NCBI GenBank assembly: GCA_965247095.1
Contig: OZ251997.1
Coordinates: 3,776,001 to 3,840,000, forward strand
From: Candidatus Multivorans sp.
GTDB taxonomy: Bacteria > Acidobacteriota > Thermoanaerobaculia > Multivoradales > Multivoraceae
Reading direction: 5' to 3'
DNA length: 64,000 nucleotides
Made by a program: the position numbers and the translations under genes. Shown one piece after another: positions 27,690-38,428 of this stretch (positions are counted from its first letter, which is position 1; each line of letters starts with the position of its first letter). The notes beneath the pieces are model-generated. The model was given only the letters and a program-made list of their open reading frames with translations. It was not told the origin of the DNA and ran no database searches.

Positions 27690-29956
27690 CTTTCGTCGCC
27701 TAGACGGAAGGAGGCCGCGGCGACCAGTTCCAGGGCTTCCGCGCCCTCGACGATCCGGTAGACCGCTCGGGGCGCGACGTCCCGGAAGCGCTGCTCGGCG
27801 CCCCCTCCGGCCCACCGCACCCGGATCTCCGCGATCCGGACAGCGTCGCCGAGGCCGACCTCGAGCTGCATGCTGTTGCCGCCGAAGGAACCGCCCGAAC
27901 CGACGAGCCGGTGGATGGTGCGCGGTTCGCCGCTTGGACCCTCGACCAGGAGAGCCACTCGCGAGCCGACGCCGAAACGGTTGGCGCCCCCTCCGGCCGC
28001 GCCGGCTCCGGCAAAGTGGAGAGTGACCCAGGCGTTGCCGTTGCCCGGATTCTCGAACAGGGCGTTGCCGAACGAGTCGCCGGGGTAGAAGCCGCCGAGC
28101 TGGTGGAGCAGATCCATGTCTCCGTCGCGGTCCAGGTCTCCGAACGCCACCCCGTGTCCCTTCTGGAGGTGACCGAAGCCGCCGGCGAAGGTGACCTCCT
28201 CGAAGCGCCGCCCGTTGTAGCGATACATCACGTTCGGCATCAGGCTCGCCAGGTCCGGCTCGCCGGTGCCGAGATAGAAGTCGAGCCAGCCGTCGTTGTC
28301 CAGATCGCCGTAGTTCGCTCCCATCGGCATGGCCGGCCGTCCGATCCCCAGCTCGCGTGACACCTCGGTCATGCGCAATCTGCCGCCGCAGCCGGGTTCG
28401 GGTCCGCAGTCGTTGCGGTAGAGCAGCGGCTGACCGGCGGCCCTTGCTGTGCCGGCGAAGGATGCCATGACCTCCGTGGCCTGGGATCGGTAGTCGCCGA
28501 CGTAGAGGTCGAGGTCGCCGTCGTGGTCGTAGTCGAAGAACCAGGAGGCGAAGCTCTCGCGCTCGGGCTCGGTGACGCCGACCCGTACGGCGACATCCAC
28601 GAAGGCGCCGTCGTCGTTGACGTAGAGCCGGTTCGAGCCGAAGTTGGAGACGTAGAGATCGAGGTCGCCGTCGTTGTCCACATCCCCCCAAGCGACGCCC
28701 TTGGCGTAGCGCAGGTTGGCTACGCCCGACGCTGCCGCAACGTCCTCAAAGGTGCCGTCGCCCCGGTTGCGGAACAGTTGCGAGGGGAAGTCGTGGGCTT
28801 CGGTCGCCTCGTTGCCGACGTAGAGGTCGAGATCGCCGTCGCCGTCGTAGTCGCCCCAGGCCGCGGTCTGGGTCGGGTAGGCGGGTTCGGCCAGACCGGC
28901 CTCCTCGGTGATGTCGACGAAGCGGCCCGGCTCGCCGTCGAGCTCGTTGCGCAGCAGCGAGTTGCGGATGCGGCCGTCGTCCAGCAGCCAGGCGCCGCGG
29001 AGCACGAGCAGGTCGAGGCGGCCGTCATCGTCGTAGTCGGCGTGGACCAGGTTGAGGCCGCCGACCTGGTCTTCCAGGCCCCAGGCTCTGCCTGTGTCCT
29101 CGAAGCCGCCTTGGCCATCGTTCCGGAACGCACGCACCGGTCCGCAAGGGTCCCAGCTCGACGTGACCAGGTCGAGCAGGCCGTCGCCGTCGAAGTCGTC
29201 GACCACCGCCCCGCCGGCGAGGTCGAGCACATCGACCCCGAGCTCCGGTCCCCGGTTCCGCCAGCGGCCACCCGCGAACGAGTCGGCGAAGACGCCTTCG
29301 TCGATCCGGAACTCGGCCGGCACGCCTTCCGGGAAGTCGCCGGACAACCTGCGCGCCAGGTTGAGGAGCCACCGGGCGCGGACCTGCCGGGGCGCTGGGC
29401 CCTCCCGCCGCAGAATGGCGAGAAACCCGTCGCCAGCGGCCCGGGCGTGTTCCGGGCGGGCGTGAACGGCGGACGCAGCCAGCGGCAGGATGCAACTGTC
29501 GGCCGACCGGGAGACCGTGTGAACGGGTTCGTCGGTAGGGGTGTGCTCCTCACCTGCTTCCTCCGCGCCGGTTTGGTGGATGCAGTTCAGATCCTCGGCC
29601 CGCTGCAGGTGTGCGAGCGCGAGATTCCACTCGGCCAGCGAGAGAGCTGCCGGATCGCCGGTCGGCGAAGCCGACAGCGTCAGGGCCGCCGCCGACAGGT
29701 GCTCGATCGCTTCGGCGGTGTTGCCGAGCCGTAGCAGCTCGCGGCCGAGGCGTACGCGGGTCGTGCCGGGGGTGCTTGCGCCGGCCGCTGCCAGTTCATC
29801 TCGGAGCACGTCCACGATGCCGGTCCCGAAGTAGGGATTCGAGCCGGCGTTCAGTTGCCGGCAGGACTCCGCGAAGTCGATCGCAACGGTGGGCGCGGCG
29901 ACGGCAGCGAAAGGCGCTGCTAGCATTGCGGTCGCTGCGAGCCCGCGGCCCAGCAT
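27686..29956 (-). CDS. CRTAC1-family protein with N-terminal TPR-like region
   Basis: Signal peptide; DFDGDGLLDL repeats; GFGHLQKGHG; GSGGSFGGN ASPIC/UnbV-like C-terminus. Confidence 0.88.
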   Translation of the reverse strand: MLGRGLAATAMLAAPFAAVAAPTVAIDFAESCRQLNAGSNPYFGTGIVDVLRDELAAAGASTPGTTRVRLGRELLRLGNTAEAIEHLSAAALTLSASPTGDPAALSLAEWNLALAHLQRAEDLNCIHQTGAEEAGEEHTPTDEPVHTVSRSADSCILPLAASAVHARPEHARAAGDGFLAILRREGPAPRQVRARWLLNLARRLSGDFPEGVPAEFRIDEGVFADSFAGGRWRNRGPELGVDVLDLAGGAVVDDFDGDGLLDLVTSSWDPCGPVRAFRNDGQGGFEDTGRAWGLEDQVGGLNLVHADYDDDGRLDLLVLRGAWLLDDGRIRNSLLRNELDGEPGRFVDITEEAGLAEPAYPTQTAAWGDYDGDGDLDLYVGNEATEAHDFPSQLFRNRGDGTFEDVAAASGVANLRYAKGVAWGDVDNDGDLDLYVSNFGSNRLYVNDDGAFVDVAVRVGVTEPERESFASWFFDYDHDGDLDLYVGDYRSQATEVMASFAGTARAAGQPLLYRNDCGPEPGCGGRLRMTEVSRELGIGRPAMPMGANYGDLDNDGWLDFYLGTGEPDLASLMPNVMYRYNGRRFEEVTFAGGFGHLQKGHGVAFGDLDRDGDMDLLHQLGGFYPGDSFGNALFENPGNGNAWVTLHFAGAGAAGGGANRFGVGSRVALLVEGPSGEPRTIHRLVGSGGSFGGNSMQLEVGLGDAVRIAEIRVRWAGGGAEQRFRDVAPRAVYRIVEGAEALELVAAASFRLGDER

Positions 29957-30046
29957 GCGCCGCAGCCTACTACGGCGTACGCTGGATGCCGTCAGAGGAG
30001 CGCGCCGGCAGTGCTGGCGAATCCCCGGCCGAAGGTGGGCCGGTGG

Positions 30047-31897
30047 TCAGTCCGCAGGAGGCTTTGGGATCGCGGGTCCCGAGTCGCCGCCGTCGGTCCG
30101 GGTCGAGGACTCCGCCTCGCCCGGGTCGCCGACGGTGCCATCTTTACCGTCCGTCGCCGGTGGCGCCGGTGGCGCGGGCGGCAGCGGCGCGGCGGCGGCC
30201 GCGCCATGGTCGGAAGTGCCGAACCGGGTCATGAAGACGGCGCCGAGGCCGATCGTCCAGGCGACGTAGCAGATCAGGACCCCGGGGAAGCGGAACATGA
30301 CGCGGAAGAACCACGGCAGGCCCAGGAAGCCGAGCAGGTCGGCCACGAGTGCGAGCGCCTGGATCGTGAGGACGCCGAGCGCCAGAGCGCCGAAGCTGCC
30401 GGCCGCTACCCGGCCCGCGCCCTGGAAGCGACGGCGGCACCAGTCGCCGGCCGCCGCCGCCGACCCCGCGTAGCCGAACACGAAGGCGGCCGTCAGACCG
30501 ATCAACGCGGCGGGCCAGAGGAGGATGGCGAAGGGAATGCCGATGACCGTCACAGCGAGCAGCAAGCTGACGATGATCAGGACGGGGATGAAGAAGAACT
30601 CCACGCCCAGGCCGACCGCGAACATGATCAACAGGTCGGACGACGCGGCCGACCGCACCCGGCCGACTCCCTTCGGCGCCACCAGGAGGACCAGGCCGCT
30701 GAGCGCAATCAGCAGAACGGTGAAGATGATCGACTGGACGAACTCGAAGACCTTGCCAAGACGGAAGAAGGGGGGGCGGTCGCCGACACTTGGGAACCAG
30801 TCGCCGTCCCAACCGTCGAACCAGTCGCCACCCCAGTTCCAGTCGAAGTCGCCCCAATCGACTTCGGATACCTCGCCGAGCACGGACGACCCGTCTTCGC
30901 GCCGCACCCTGCCGCCGACTGTGACGATGTCGCCGAACACCTCCGCTTCGGGGCCGAGTTCCACGTCGCCGCCGATCGCGACCACTTCGCCGGTCACGCG
31001 GCCGTTGATCTTCGCCGTGCCGCCGATCGATATCGCGTCGCCGCGAACCTGACCGTCGACCTTGACGTCGCCGCCGATCGAAACGATGTCGTAGGCCACC
31101 TCGCCGCGGCCGATCCGCACCGTGCTGCCGAACGCGACCTTGTTGTCGATGTCGACGAGTTCTTCCTCGATCCCGTTCAGGTCGCGTTCGAGATCCTCCA
31201 ACTGCTCGATGACCCCCTCGATGGCGCCCTGGGCCTGTTCGCCAGCTTCCTCGAGCGCTTCGTCGAGGGTTTCTCGCGCTTCTTCCAGGGCCGCGCTCGC
31301 TTCCTCCTGGGCCTCCTGGGCGTCTTGGGGCTGGCCGAACGCCAAGCCGGTGCAGCACAATCCGCCGACCAGCAGCAGGGCGCCGGCTCGCGCTCCGCGG
31401 ACCCGCTGCCGGCCGCCCGGTCCCGAAGAGAGCCGGTGGAGAAGGTAGACCGCGGTCAGGCTGACCAGTGTCGCGACGGCCACCACCGCGGTGACCTGGG
31501 GAGTGCGCAGAATCAGGTCGAGAGCCTCACCGACCCGTACCGCTCCGTTCAGGAACGCGAGGCTCTCGGCGAGGACGCCGGCGGTCCAGGTCAGGATCCA
31601 GACCGCGCTGAAGAGCGCTGCTTCCAGGGCGCTCAGCATGGCCAGCCAGGTGGACGGGACAAGCAGCGTCCCGCCGCCGAGCAGGAGCATCGCCGCCGCG
31701 GCCATTGCGCCGGCTGACACGCGTGCCCACCGGGGCATCGGGAACGGCAAGAGCTGCGGCGCTGGCGCCGGCGCTTCGATCGGCCGGTTCGCGGCTGCCA
31801 CCTGCCGCATGACGCGGCCGACGAACCCGTCCGACGGGGCGGGATCCTCGAGCGATTGGAAGAGAGTCCGGAAGTCGATTCGGTTCCGCATGTTCAT
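30047..31897 (-). CDS. Anti-sigma-like membrane protein with bactofilin-like beta repeats and C-terminal TM bundle
   Basis: APSDGFVGRVM N-terminus plus TM helices; VSIGGDVKVDGQVRGD-type repeats; several C-terminal TM helices; follows ECF sigma gene. Confidence 0.7.
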   Translation of the reverse strand: MNMRNRIDFRTLFQSLEDPAPSDGFVGRVMRQVAAANRPIEAPAPAPQLLPFPMPRWARVSAGAMAAAAMLLLGGGTLLVPSTWLAMLSALEAALFSAVWILTWTAGVLAESLAFLNGAVRVGEALDLILRTPQVTAVVAVATLVSLTAVYLLHRLSSGPGGRQRVRGARAGALLLVGGLCCTGLAFGQPQDAQEAQEEASAALEEARETLDEALEEAGEQAQGAIEGVIEQLEDLERDLNGIEEELVDIDNKVAFGSTVRIGRGEVAYDIVSIGGDVKVDGQVRGDAISIGGTAKINGRVTGEVVAIGGDVELGPEAEVFGDIVTVGGRVRREDGSSVLGEVSEVDWGDFDWNWGGDWFDGWDGDWFPSVGDRPPFFRLGKVFEFVQSIIFTVLLIALSGLVLLVAPKGVGRVRSAASSDLLIMFAVGLGVEFFFIPVLIIVSLLLAVTVIGIPFAILLWPAALIGLTAAFVFGYAGSAAAAGDWCRRRFQGAGRVAAGSFGALALGVLTIQALALVADLLGFLGLPWFFRVMFRFPGVLICYVAWTIGLGAVFMTRFGTSDHGAAAAAPLPPAPPAPPATDGKDGTVGDPGEAESSTRTDGGDSGPAIPKPPAD

Positions 31898-31970
31898 CCC
31901 TCGCGACGGGTGCGATTGTACGACGGCGACACCATGCCTTTCGCCCTACGATGCGAAGATCGCCGCGGTT

Positions 31971-32552
31971 TCAAACCACGCCCTCCGCGCGCAGGCGCTG
32001 TTCGATCTCGCGGCGGGCCCGCCGCAGGTTCGTCTTCACGGTTCCGAGCGGCATGCCGGTGATCTCAGCGATGTCACGGTAGGGCAGCTCCTCCTTGAAC
32101 CGCAGCAGCACGACCAGGCGGTACTCCGGCCGGAGGGCGGCCACCGCCGCTTCCAGCGCGGCCGCCAGCTCATGCCTCTTGGCCAGAGTATCGGCGGCCT
32201 CGGCCCGCTCGTCCGGAGTGCGGTCGAGGATCGAGGACTCGTCGGGGTCGCTGCTCTCGATCGGTGTCGTGGGCAGCTTCTTTCGCCGCAGATGGTCGAT
32301 CGACGCGTTGCTTGCGATCTTGAACAGCCAACTCGCGAAGCGCCGCCGCGGGTCATAGCGGGCGAGGGCCAGCCAAGCCTTGACGAAAACCTCCTGGGTG
32401 ACGTCCTCGGCGATGCCGTGGTCCCGGACCATGCGCACGACCAGGCTGAAGACCGGGCGTTGGTAGCGCTCGACCAGGATCTGGAAGGCGCGCTCCGACC
32501 CTTCGACGGCTTCAGCTATGAGCGCGACTTCATCTTTCTGCCGATGCGTCAA
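31971..32552 (-). CDS. ECF sigma-70 factor (SigW-like)
   Basis: AEDVTQEVFVKAW, FASWLFKIASN, LPYRDIAEITGMPLGTVKTNLRRAR. Confidence 0.92.
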   Translation of the reverse strand: MTHRQKDEVALIAEAVEGSERAFQILVERYQRPVFSLVVRMVRDHGIAEDVTQEVFVKAWLALARYDPRRRFASWLFKIASNASIDHLRRKKLPTTPIESSDPDESSILDRTPDERAEAADTLAKRHELAAALEAAVAALRPEYRLVVLLRFKEELPYRDIAEITGMPLGTVKTNLRRARREIEQRLRAEGVV

Positions 32553-32747
32553 GGTTTCATCCGTGCGCTCGATGACTCGCGCCCGGAGTGGTTCGCGGGT
32601 GGCAGTGTGGCATGCATGGTTGCGCCGCCAAACCCGTCGCGGACTCCGTGTTTGCCCCCAGCCCCCACCTCCCCACGACCTTGCGCCTCAGAACTCACTC
32701 TATTGCGTCCTGCGGCGCAAGCTCCTGGGTGCCCGTATCATTGCCGC

Positions 32748-33755
32748 GTGAAACACGGGGGCGATCACACAGGCGCCGGGGACTACGGAGAACTGGCGGC
32801 TGCGGTTCGGTCGGTGCGGATTGCCGGCCGGGTGACGCGGCATCTGCAGCAGTCGCTCCAGGGGTCCTTCCTGACCAAGAAGGACCGTTCGCCGGTGACG
32901 GTCGCCGACTACGCGGCGCAGGCACTGGTCAGCCTCACCCTGCCGGGCGGGGAGGCCATCGTGGGCGAGGAGACCGCGGCGGCGCTCGAAGGCGTCGAGG
33001 GAAGGGAAGCTCTGGACAAGGTTGTGGCCGCGGTCCGGTCCGAACTGCCCGATGTCACTGCCGACGAGGTGCGAGCCGCGATCGACCGCTGCTCGGATCC
33101 GGGGGGCGCGAGCGGGAGGTTCTGGGTCCTCGATCCGATCGACGGCACGAAGGGATTCGTGCGCGGCGACCAGTACGCGATCGCCCTGGGTCTGATGGAG
33201 GACGGCGAAGTGGTCGGCGGTGTGCTCGGTTGCCCGAACCTGCCCTCGCCCGCTGGCCGGGGTTGCCTGTTCGTCGCCGCCCGGGGTCGGGGCGCGTGGG
33301 AGCTGCCGTTCGATGAGGACAAGGGAACACCGCGGCGCATCGGAGTTTCGGCGGTTGCCGCGTCGGGCGACGCCGCCTTCTGCGAGTCGGCCGAAGCGAT
33401 GCACTCGGACCACGATCGGCACGCCCGGATCGCGACGCGGCTCGGGGTCACGGCCCCTCCCGTGCGCATGGACAGCCAGTGCAAGTATGGGGCGATCGCC
33501 CGTGGCGATGCCTCGATCTATCTCCGATTGCCCTCGTCCAGGACCTATCGGGAGAAGATCTGGGACCACGCGGCCGGCTTCATCGTGGTGTCCGAAGCCG
33601 GTGGCGCCGTGACCGACGCCTACGGCCGTAGTCTGGACTTCAGCCTGGGGCGGACCCTGGACGGGAATCGTGGCGTCGTGGCGACCAACGGCCTCCTACA
33701 CGGCGTGGTTCTGGATGCGGCGGCCGCGGTGCTGCCACAGAACCCGGAACTCTGA
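32748..33755 (+). CDS. 3'(2'),5'-bisphosphate nucleotidase (HAL2-like inositol monophosphatase family)
   Basis: [41 protein letters not shown]. Confidence 0.9.
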   Translation: MKHGGDHTGAGDYGELAAAVRSVRIAGRVTRHLQQSLQGSFLTKKDRSPVTVADYAAQALVSLTLPGGEAIVGEETAAALEGVEGREALDKVVAAVRSELPDVTADEVRAAIDRCSDPGGASGRFWVLDPIDGTKGFVRGDQYAIALGLMEDGEVVGGVLGCPNLPSPAGRGCLFVAARGRGAWELPFDEDKGTPRRIGVSAVAASGDAAFCESAEAMHSDHDRHARIATRLGVTAPPVRMDSQCKYGAIARGDASIYLRLPSSRTYREKIWDHAAGFIVVSEAGGAVTDAYGRSLDFSLGRTLDGNRGVVATNGLLHGVVLDAAAAVLPQNPEL

Positions 33756-33771
33756 GACGGGATCCTTCCTC

Positions 33772-34887
33772 TTGGCTCCCAACGAGACCCTGCTTGTGAC
33801 CGGCGGCGCCGGTTTCATCGGCTGCAATTTCACGGCCAGGGCACTGGCCGAGGGTTCGTGTCGGGACAGCCGCGTCGTCGTGTTCGACAAGCTGACCTAT
33901 GCCGGCAGTCTCCTCAACCTGGAGCCGGTTGCGGACGATCCGCGCTACCGGTTCGTGCAGGCGGACATCGCCGATCGCGACGCGGTCCGGCGAGTCTTCG
34001 CCGAGCACCGGCCGACGGCGGTCCTCAACTTCGCGGCCGAGAGCCACGTCGACCGCTCGATCGACAGCCCGGGCGACTTCGTCCGGACCAACATCGGCGG
34101 CACGTTCGAACTGCTCGAAGCCGCCCGGGGCGCCCTCAGCGGCCAGTCGGAGGGGGAGCGAGCAGCCTTTCGGTTCATCCATGTCTCGACCGACGAGGTC
34201 TTCGGCAGCCTCGGCGACGAGGGACGGTTCCACGAACACACGCCGTACGACCCGAGTTCGCCCTACTCGGCCTCCAAGGCAGCGGCGGATCACCTTGTGC
34301 GCGCCTACGGTCGCACCTACGGCCTGCCGGCGATCGTGACCAACTGCTCGAACAACTACGGTCCGTACCAGTATCCCGAGAAACTGATTCCGGTGATGAT
34401 CCTGAACGCGGTGGAAGGGCTTCCCCTGCCGATCTACGGCGAGGGCGCGAACGTCCGGGATTGGCTTCACGTGGACGATCACTGCGCCGGTCTGCTCACG
34501 GTGCTGAGGCGCGGCGAACCGGGCCAGAGCTACAACCTGGGCGGCGACGAGGAACGAACGAACCTCGAAGTCGTCGAGGCGGTCTGTGCAGCGGTCGAGG
34601 CGGAGTTCCCGGCCGCGCGGAACACCGCGCTTGCCGCCAGGGGGATCGGGAGCTACCGGCAACTCGTGACCTTCGTTGAAGACCGGCCCGGTCACGACCA
34701 CCGCTACGCGATCGATCCCACGAAGGTGCGGCGCGATCTGGGATGGACTCCGCGGCACGACTTCGAGAGCGGTCTGCGCGCGACGGTGCGCTGGTACCTG
34801 GATCACCGCGACTGGTGCGAGGCGGTCGCCCCCGGCGCCTCGAGGAACCGGATGGGCGTAGGGCAGCGCCTGACGGCGGCGACATGA
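33772..34887 (+). CDS. rfbB: dTDP-glucose 4,6-dehydratase
   Basis: [46 protein letters not shown]. Confidence 0.95.
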   Translation: MAPNETLLVTGGAGFIGCNFTARALAEGSCRDSRVVVFDKLTYAGSLLNLEPVADDPRYRFVQADIADRDAVRRVFAEHRPTAVLNFAAESHVDRSIDSPGDFVRTNIGGTFELLEAARGALSGQSEGERAAFRFIHVSTDEVFGSLGDEGRFHEHTPYDPSSPYSASKAAADHLVRAYGRTYGLPAIVTNCSNNYGPYQYPEKLIPVMILNAVEGLPLPIYGEGANVRDWLHVDDHCAGLLTVLRRGEPGQSYNLGGDEERTNLEVVEAVCAAVEAEFPAARNTALAARGIGSYRQLVTFVEDRPGHDHRYAIDPTKVRRDLGWTPRHDFESGLRATVRWYLDHRDWCEAVAPGASRNRMGVGQRLTAAT

Positions 34888-35771
34888 GTCCGCTACGGGG
34901 AATCCTGCTCGCGGGCGGCACCGGCACCCGGCTCCATCCGGTGACTCGCGCGGTCAGCAAGCAGTTGCTGCCGGTGTACGACCAGCCGATGATCCACTAC
35001 CCGCTGTCCAGCCTGATGATCGCCGGCGTGCGGGAGATCCTGGTCATCACGACGCCGCACGACCAGCCCGCTTTTGTGCGCCTGCTGGGCGATGGCAGCG
35101 ACCTCGGCCTCGAGCTGTCCTATGCCGTGCAGGAGGCGCCGAAGGGCATCGCGCAGGCGTTCCTGATCGGCGCCGAACATCTGCGCGGGGCCAGGGCGGC
35201 TCTCGCGCTGGGCGACAACATCTTCCACGGCCACGGGCTGGCCCAGGTGTTCCAGCGGGCCGCGGAGCGAAATGCGTCATCGCCGGGTGCAGTGATCTTC
35301 GGCTACCGGGTCCGGGATCCCGAACGGTACGGCGTGGTCGAGTTCGATGACGAGCGGCGCGTGATCGGTCTGGAGGAGAAGCCGGCAGCGCCGAAGTCGC
35401 CCTACGCCGTACCGGGTCTGTACTTCTACGACGAGCGGGTGGTCGGACTGGCCAAAACACTCGAGCCGTCAGCGCGCGGCGAGCTGGAGATCACCGATCT
35501 GAACCGGCTCTACCTGGCCGAGAGCACGCTACGGGTCGAACTCCTCGGGCGTGGCGTCGCCTGGCTCGACACGGGGACGCACGAGGCGCTGCTTCAGGCC
35601 AGCAACTTCATCCAGGCGATCGAGGAGAGACAGGGGTTGAAGGTCGCCTGCCTGGAGGAGGTGGCGTACCGCATGGGTTACATCGACGCGGACGAGCTGA
35701 GCCGTCTGGCGGAGTCCACCAACGACGCCTACGGCCGCTATCTGAGCCTCGTCCTGGAGGAGGAGCGTTGA
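34884..35771 (+). CDS. rfbA: Glucose-1-phosphate thymidylyltransferase
   Basis: [37 protein letters not shown]. Confidence 0.95.
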   Translation: MSPLRGILLAGGTGTRLHPVTRAVSKQLLPVYDQPMIHYPLSSLMIAGVREILVITTPHDQPAFVRLLGDGSDLGLELSYAVQEAPKGIAQAFLIGAEHLRGARAALALGDNIFHGHGLAQVFQRAAERNASSPGAVIFGYRVRDPERYGVVEFDDERRVIGLEEKPAAPKSPYAVPGLYFYDERVVGLAKTLEPSARGELEITDLNRLYLAESTLRVELLGRGVAWLDTGTHEALLQASNFIQAIEERQGLKVACLEEVAYRMGYIDADELSRLAESTNDAYGRYLSLVLEEER

Positions 35772-36334
35772 GCGCGCCGCCCAGGGTTCATCCGACCGGG
35801 TTGCCCAGCGTGGTGATCGTCGAACCCGCGGTTCATCGGGACGGCCGCGGTTTCTTCCTGGAGAGCCACAACTCGTCGACCTTCGCTGAGTCCGGCGTGG
35901 AAAGGCCGTGGGTTCAGGACAACCACTCGCGATCCGGCCGCGCCACCCTGCGCGGGCTCCATCTTCAATGCCGCCGGCAGCAGACGAAGCTCGTTCGCGT
36001 CACCCGTGGCGAGGTCTTCGACGTTGCTGTCGATGTCCGGCGCGGTTCCCCGTCCTTCCTGGGCTGGACCGGTTGCGTGCTGTCGGAGGACAACTTTCGC
36101 CAGCTCTACATTCCGCGCGGCTTCGCTCACGGCTTCTGCGTGATCAGCGAGACCGCCGATGTGCAGTACAAGTGCGACGACTACTACGACCGGGACGACG
36201 AACTCTCGATTGCCTGGGACGATCCCCAGATCGGGATCGACTGGCCGGTGGACGAGCCGCGGCTTTCGGACCGCGACCGGGCGGCGCCTACCGTTGCGGG
36301 ATGTCTTGAGCAGTTGCCGACGTTCTCGCATTGA
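35768..36334 (+). CDS. rfbC: dTDP-4-dehydrorhamnose 3,5-epimerase
   Basis: [34 protein letters not shown]. Confidence 0.95.
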   Translation: MSAPPRVHPTGLPSVVIVEPAVHRDGRGFFLESHNSSTFAESGVERPWVQDNHSRSGRATLRGLHLQCRRQQTKLVRVTRGEVFDVAVDVRRGSPSFLGWTGCVLSEDNFRQLYIPRGFAHGFCVISETADVQYKCDDYYDRDDELSIAWDDPQIGIDWPVDEPRLSDRDRAAPTVAGCLEQLPTFSH

Positions 36335-36341
36335 GTCGGAT

Positions 36342-37706
36342 GTGTTTCGAGCGGCGCCCTTGACGGATCGGGACGGCCTGAGGGCCGCCGACCGCGATCA
36401 GCTCGAGGCGCACGGTATCGGCGTCGAGGAAGCACGGCGGCAACTCGCGTTCCTGCGCGATCCGCCGCCGAAGACGAAGCTCGCACGCCCGGCCCGGATC
36501 GGCGACGGCATCCTCACTCTGCCTGAAGGCGTCGAGGCCGTCCGCCTGGCCGAAGAGGGGCGATCCGCCTCGCGGGCGGGCCGCCTGATTCGCTTCGTGC
36601 CGGCGTCCGGCGCGGCATCGCGGCTGTTTGCGGAACTTCGAACCGCCCAGGCCGCCGGCTTTGCCGTGAACGACCCGGTCCTGGCCCGTTTCGAGAACGC
36701 CCGGCCCAGTCTTCCCTTCGACTGCGGTCCGTCCGAGCTCCTGGACCGCTACGGCGACGCGCCCAAGGCCCTGATCCCCTTCCACAGGTACGCCGGCGGC
36801 GAGCAGCGGACCGCGCTGGAGGAACACCTGGTTGAGGCGGCTGCTCTCATGGGCGGCCGCGGCTCGGCGGCGATCCACTTCTCCGTCGCCGTCCGTCACC
36901 GGCCGGCATTCGAGGCGCTGCTCGGTGACCGGCTGCCGGTGCTCGAGCGGCGGCTGGGATGCCGCTTCGACGTCACGCTGTCCCACCAGTCGCCGGCTAC
37001 CGACAGTATTGCGGTCGACGCGGATGGAAAGCCGTTCCGGATTGCGGACGATCCGGCAGCGCCATTGCTGGTGCGGCCCGGAGGCCACGGCGCACTGCTT
37101 CGCAATCTCCAGTCTCTGGCCGATCGGGGCTTCGAGCTGATCGGGGTGAAGAACATCGACAACGTCCAGCCCGAGAAGGCCCAGGGCGCGTCGGTTCGAG
37201 CCATGCAGATCCTTGCCGGAATGGCGCGGGAACTGGCGCGGGGTTCGGGCCGGCCGGCCAGGGTCTGCGGCGTCGTTCCTGCCGTCGGCACGGCCGGCGG
37301 CGGTCCCTTCTGGGTTCACGAAACCTCGGGCGCCTCGGCACTCTTGGGCGGACTGCGGCTTCAGATCGTCGAGACCTCCCAGATCGACCTGGAAGACGGG
37401 GAGCAGGCGGCGATTCTGACTCGGTCCACGCACTTCAACCCGGTGTTCCTGGTCTGCGCGGTGCTGGCCCCCGGCGGTGGGGCGTACCGGCTGGAGGACT
37501 ACGTCGACCACAACGCCAGCTTCATCGTTCGCAAGAGTCATGGCGGCCGGGAACTGATCGCACTGGAACGTCCCGGTTTGTGGAACGGATCGATGGCTGG
37601 TTGGGAGACGCGGTTCGTGGAGCTGCCGAGCGAGATGTACACGCCGGTGAAGACCGTATTCGATCTCGCCGGCGCGGAACATCAGTGCGGAGGAGATGAC
37701 CGATGA
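36342..37706 (+). CDS. DUF4301 family protein (nucleotidyltransferase-like)
   Basis: FVPASGAASRLF, RPGGHGALL, KNIDNV, GGGPFW, THFNPV, LERPGLWNG, PVKTVFDL. Confidence 0.8.
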   Translation: MFRAAPLTDRDGLRAADRDQLEAHGIGVEEARRQLAFLRDPPPKTKLARPARIGDGILTLPEGVEAVRLAEEGRSASRAGRLIRFVPASGAASRLFAELRTAQAAGFAVNDPVLARFENARPSLPFDCGPSELLDRYGDAPKALIPFHRYAGGEQRTALEEHLVEAAALMGGRGSAAIHFSVAVRHRPAFEALLGDRLPVLERRLGCRFDVTLSHQSPATDSIAVDADGKPFRIADDPAAPLLVRPGGHGALLRNLQSLADRGFELIGVKNIDNVQPEKAQGASVRAMQILAGMARELARGSGRPARVCGVVPAVGTAGGGPFWVHETSGASALLGGLRLQIVETSQIDLEDGEQAAILTRSTHFNPVFLVCAVLAPGGGAYRLEDYVDHNASFIVRKSHGGRELIALERPGLWNGSMAGWETRFVELPSEMYTPVKTVFDLAGAEHQCGGDDR

Positions 37707-38428
37707 ACGAAGCTCCCGAGGCCTCGGAGGCCAGGAACACGAAGACGAGGCTCGCCATCCGCGCGGCCGTGGTGGTTGCCCTGATCGCGGCGCTCCTTCT
37801 GTTCGGCCGACGCGTAGCTGGCTACCTGCCCGAGTTCAGCGCCTGGGTCGACGGGCTCGGCCTTTGGGGGCCGGTCGTGTTCGTGCTCGGCTACGCCATC
37901 GCTACCGTGGCGTTCATTCCGGGCTCCCTGCTTACCCTCGCGGGCGGCGCGATCTTCGGTCTCGGCCAGGGCACGGCGTTTGTGTTCGTCGGCGCCTGCC
38001 TGGGGGCCACGGGCGCCTTCCTGGCGTCGAGGTACATGGTCCGGGGAGCGATCGAACGGCGCGTCGCCGCGGAACCGCGTTTCGCCGCAATCGACCGGGC
38101 GGTGGGGCGTGAAGCGTTCAAGATCGTTCTGTTACTGCGACTCACGCCGGTTGTCCCCTTCGTGTTGCTGAACTACGCCCTGGGGCTGACGAGAGTGAAG
38201 CTGAGCCACTATGTGCGCGCCTTCATCGGCATGCTCCCCGCAACCGTGCTCTACGTGTACTACGGCAAGGCGATCGGCGATGTGGCTGAAGTCGCGGCCG
38301 GCGTTGGCGAGGAGCGGAGCTGGGGGGACTATGCCGCCGGGGCCGTTGGGCTGGTCGCTACGATCGCGGTGATTGCAATCATTGTCCGCATCGCCCGCCG
38401 CGCGCTCCGAGAGGAGGTGGGCGAATGA
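37703..38428 (+). CDS. TVP38/TMEM64 (DedA/VTT) membrane protein
   Basis: IPGSLLTLAGGAIFG, LLRLTPVVPF.LLNYALG. Confidence 0.9.
   Translation: MNEAPEASEARNTKTRLAIRAAVVVALIAALLLFGRRVAGYLPEFSAWVDGLGLWGPVVFVLGYAIATVAFIPGSLLTLAGGAIFGLGQGTAFVFVGACLGATGAFLASRYMVRGAIERRVAAEPRFAAIDRAVGREAFKIVLLLRLTPVVPFVLLNYALGLTRVKLSHYVRAFIGMLPATVLYVYYGKAIGDVAEVAAGVGEERSWGDYAAGAVGLVATIAVIAIIVRIARRALREEVGE

Noticed and set aside
27690-28691. Extended N-terminus of the 928-aa CRTAC1 ORF
   Set aside because: Arg-rich off-frame shadow of the upstream gene; a signal peptide follows ATG 27689
31491-32747. 754-aa ORF as a long N-terminal extension of the nucleotidase
   Set aside because: The extension is antisense to the ECF sigma and anti-sigma genes; family similarity begins near GTG 32748
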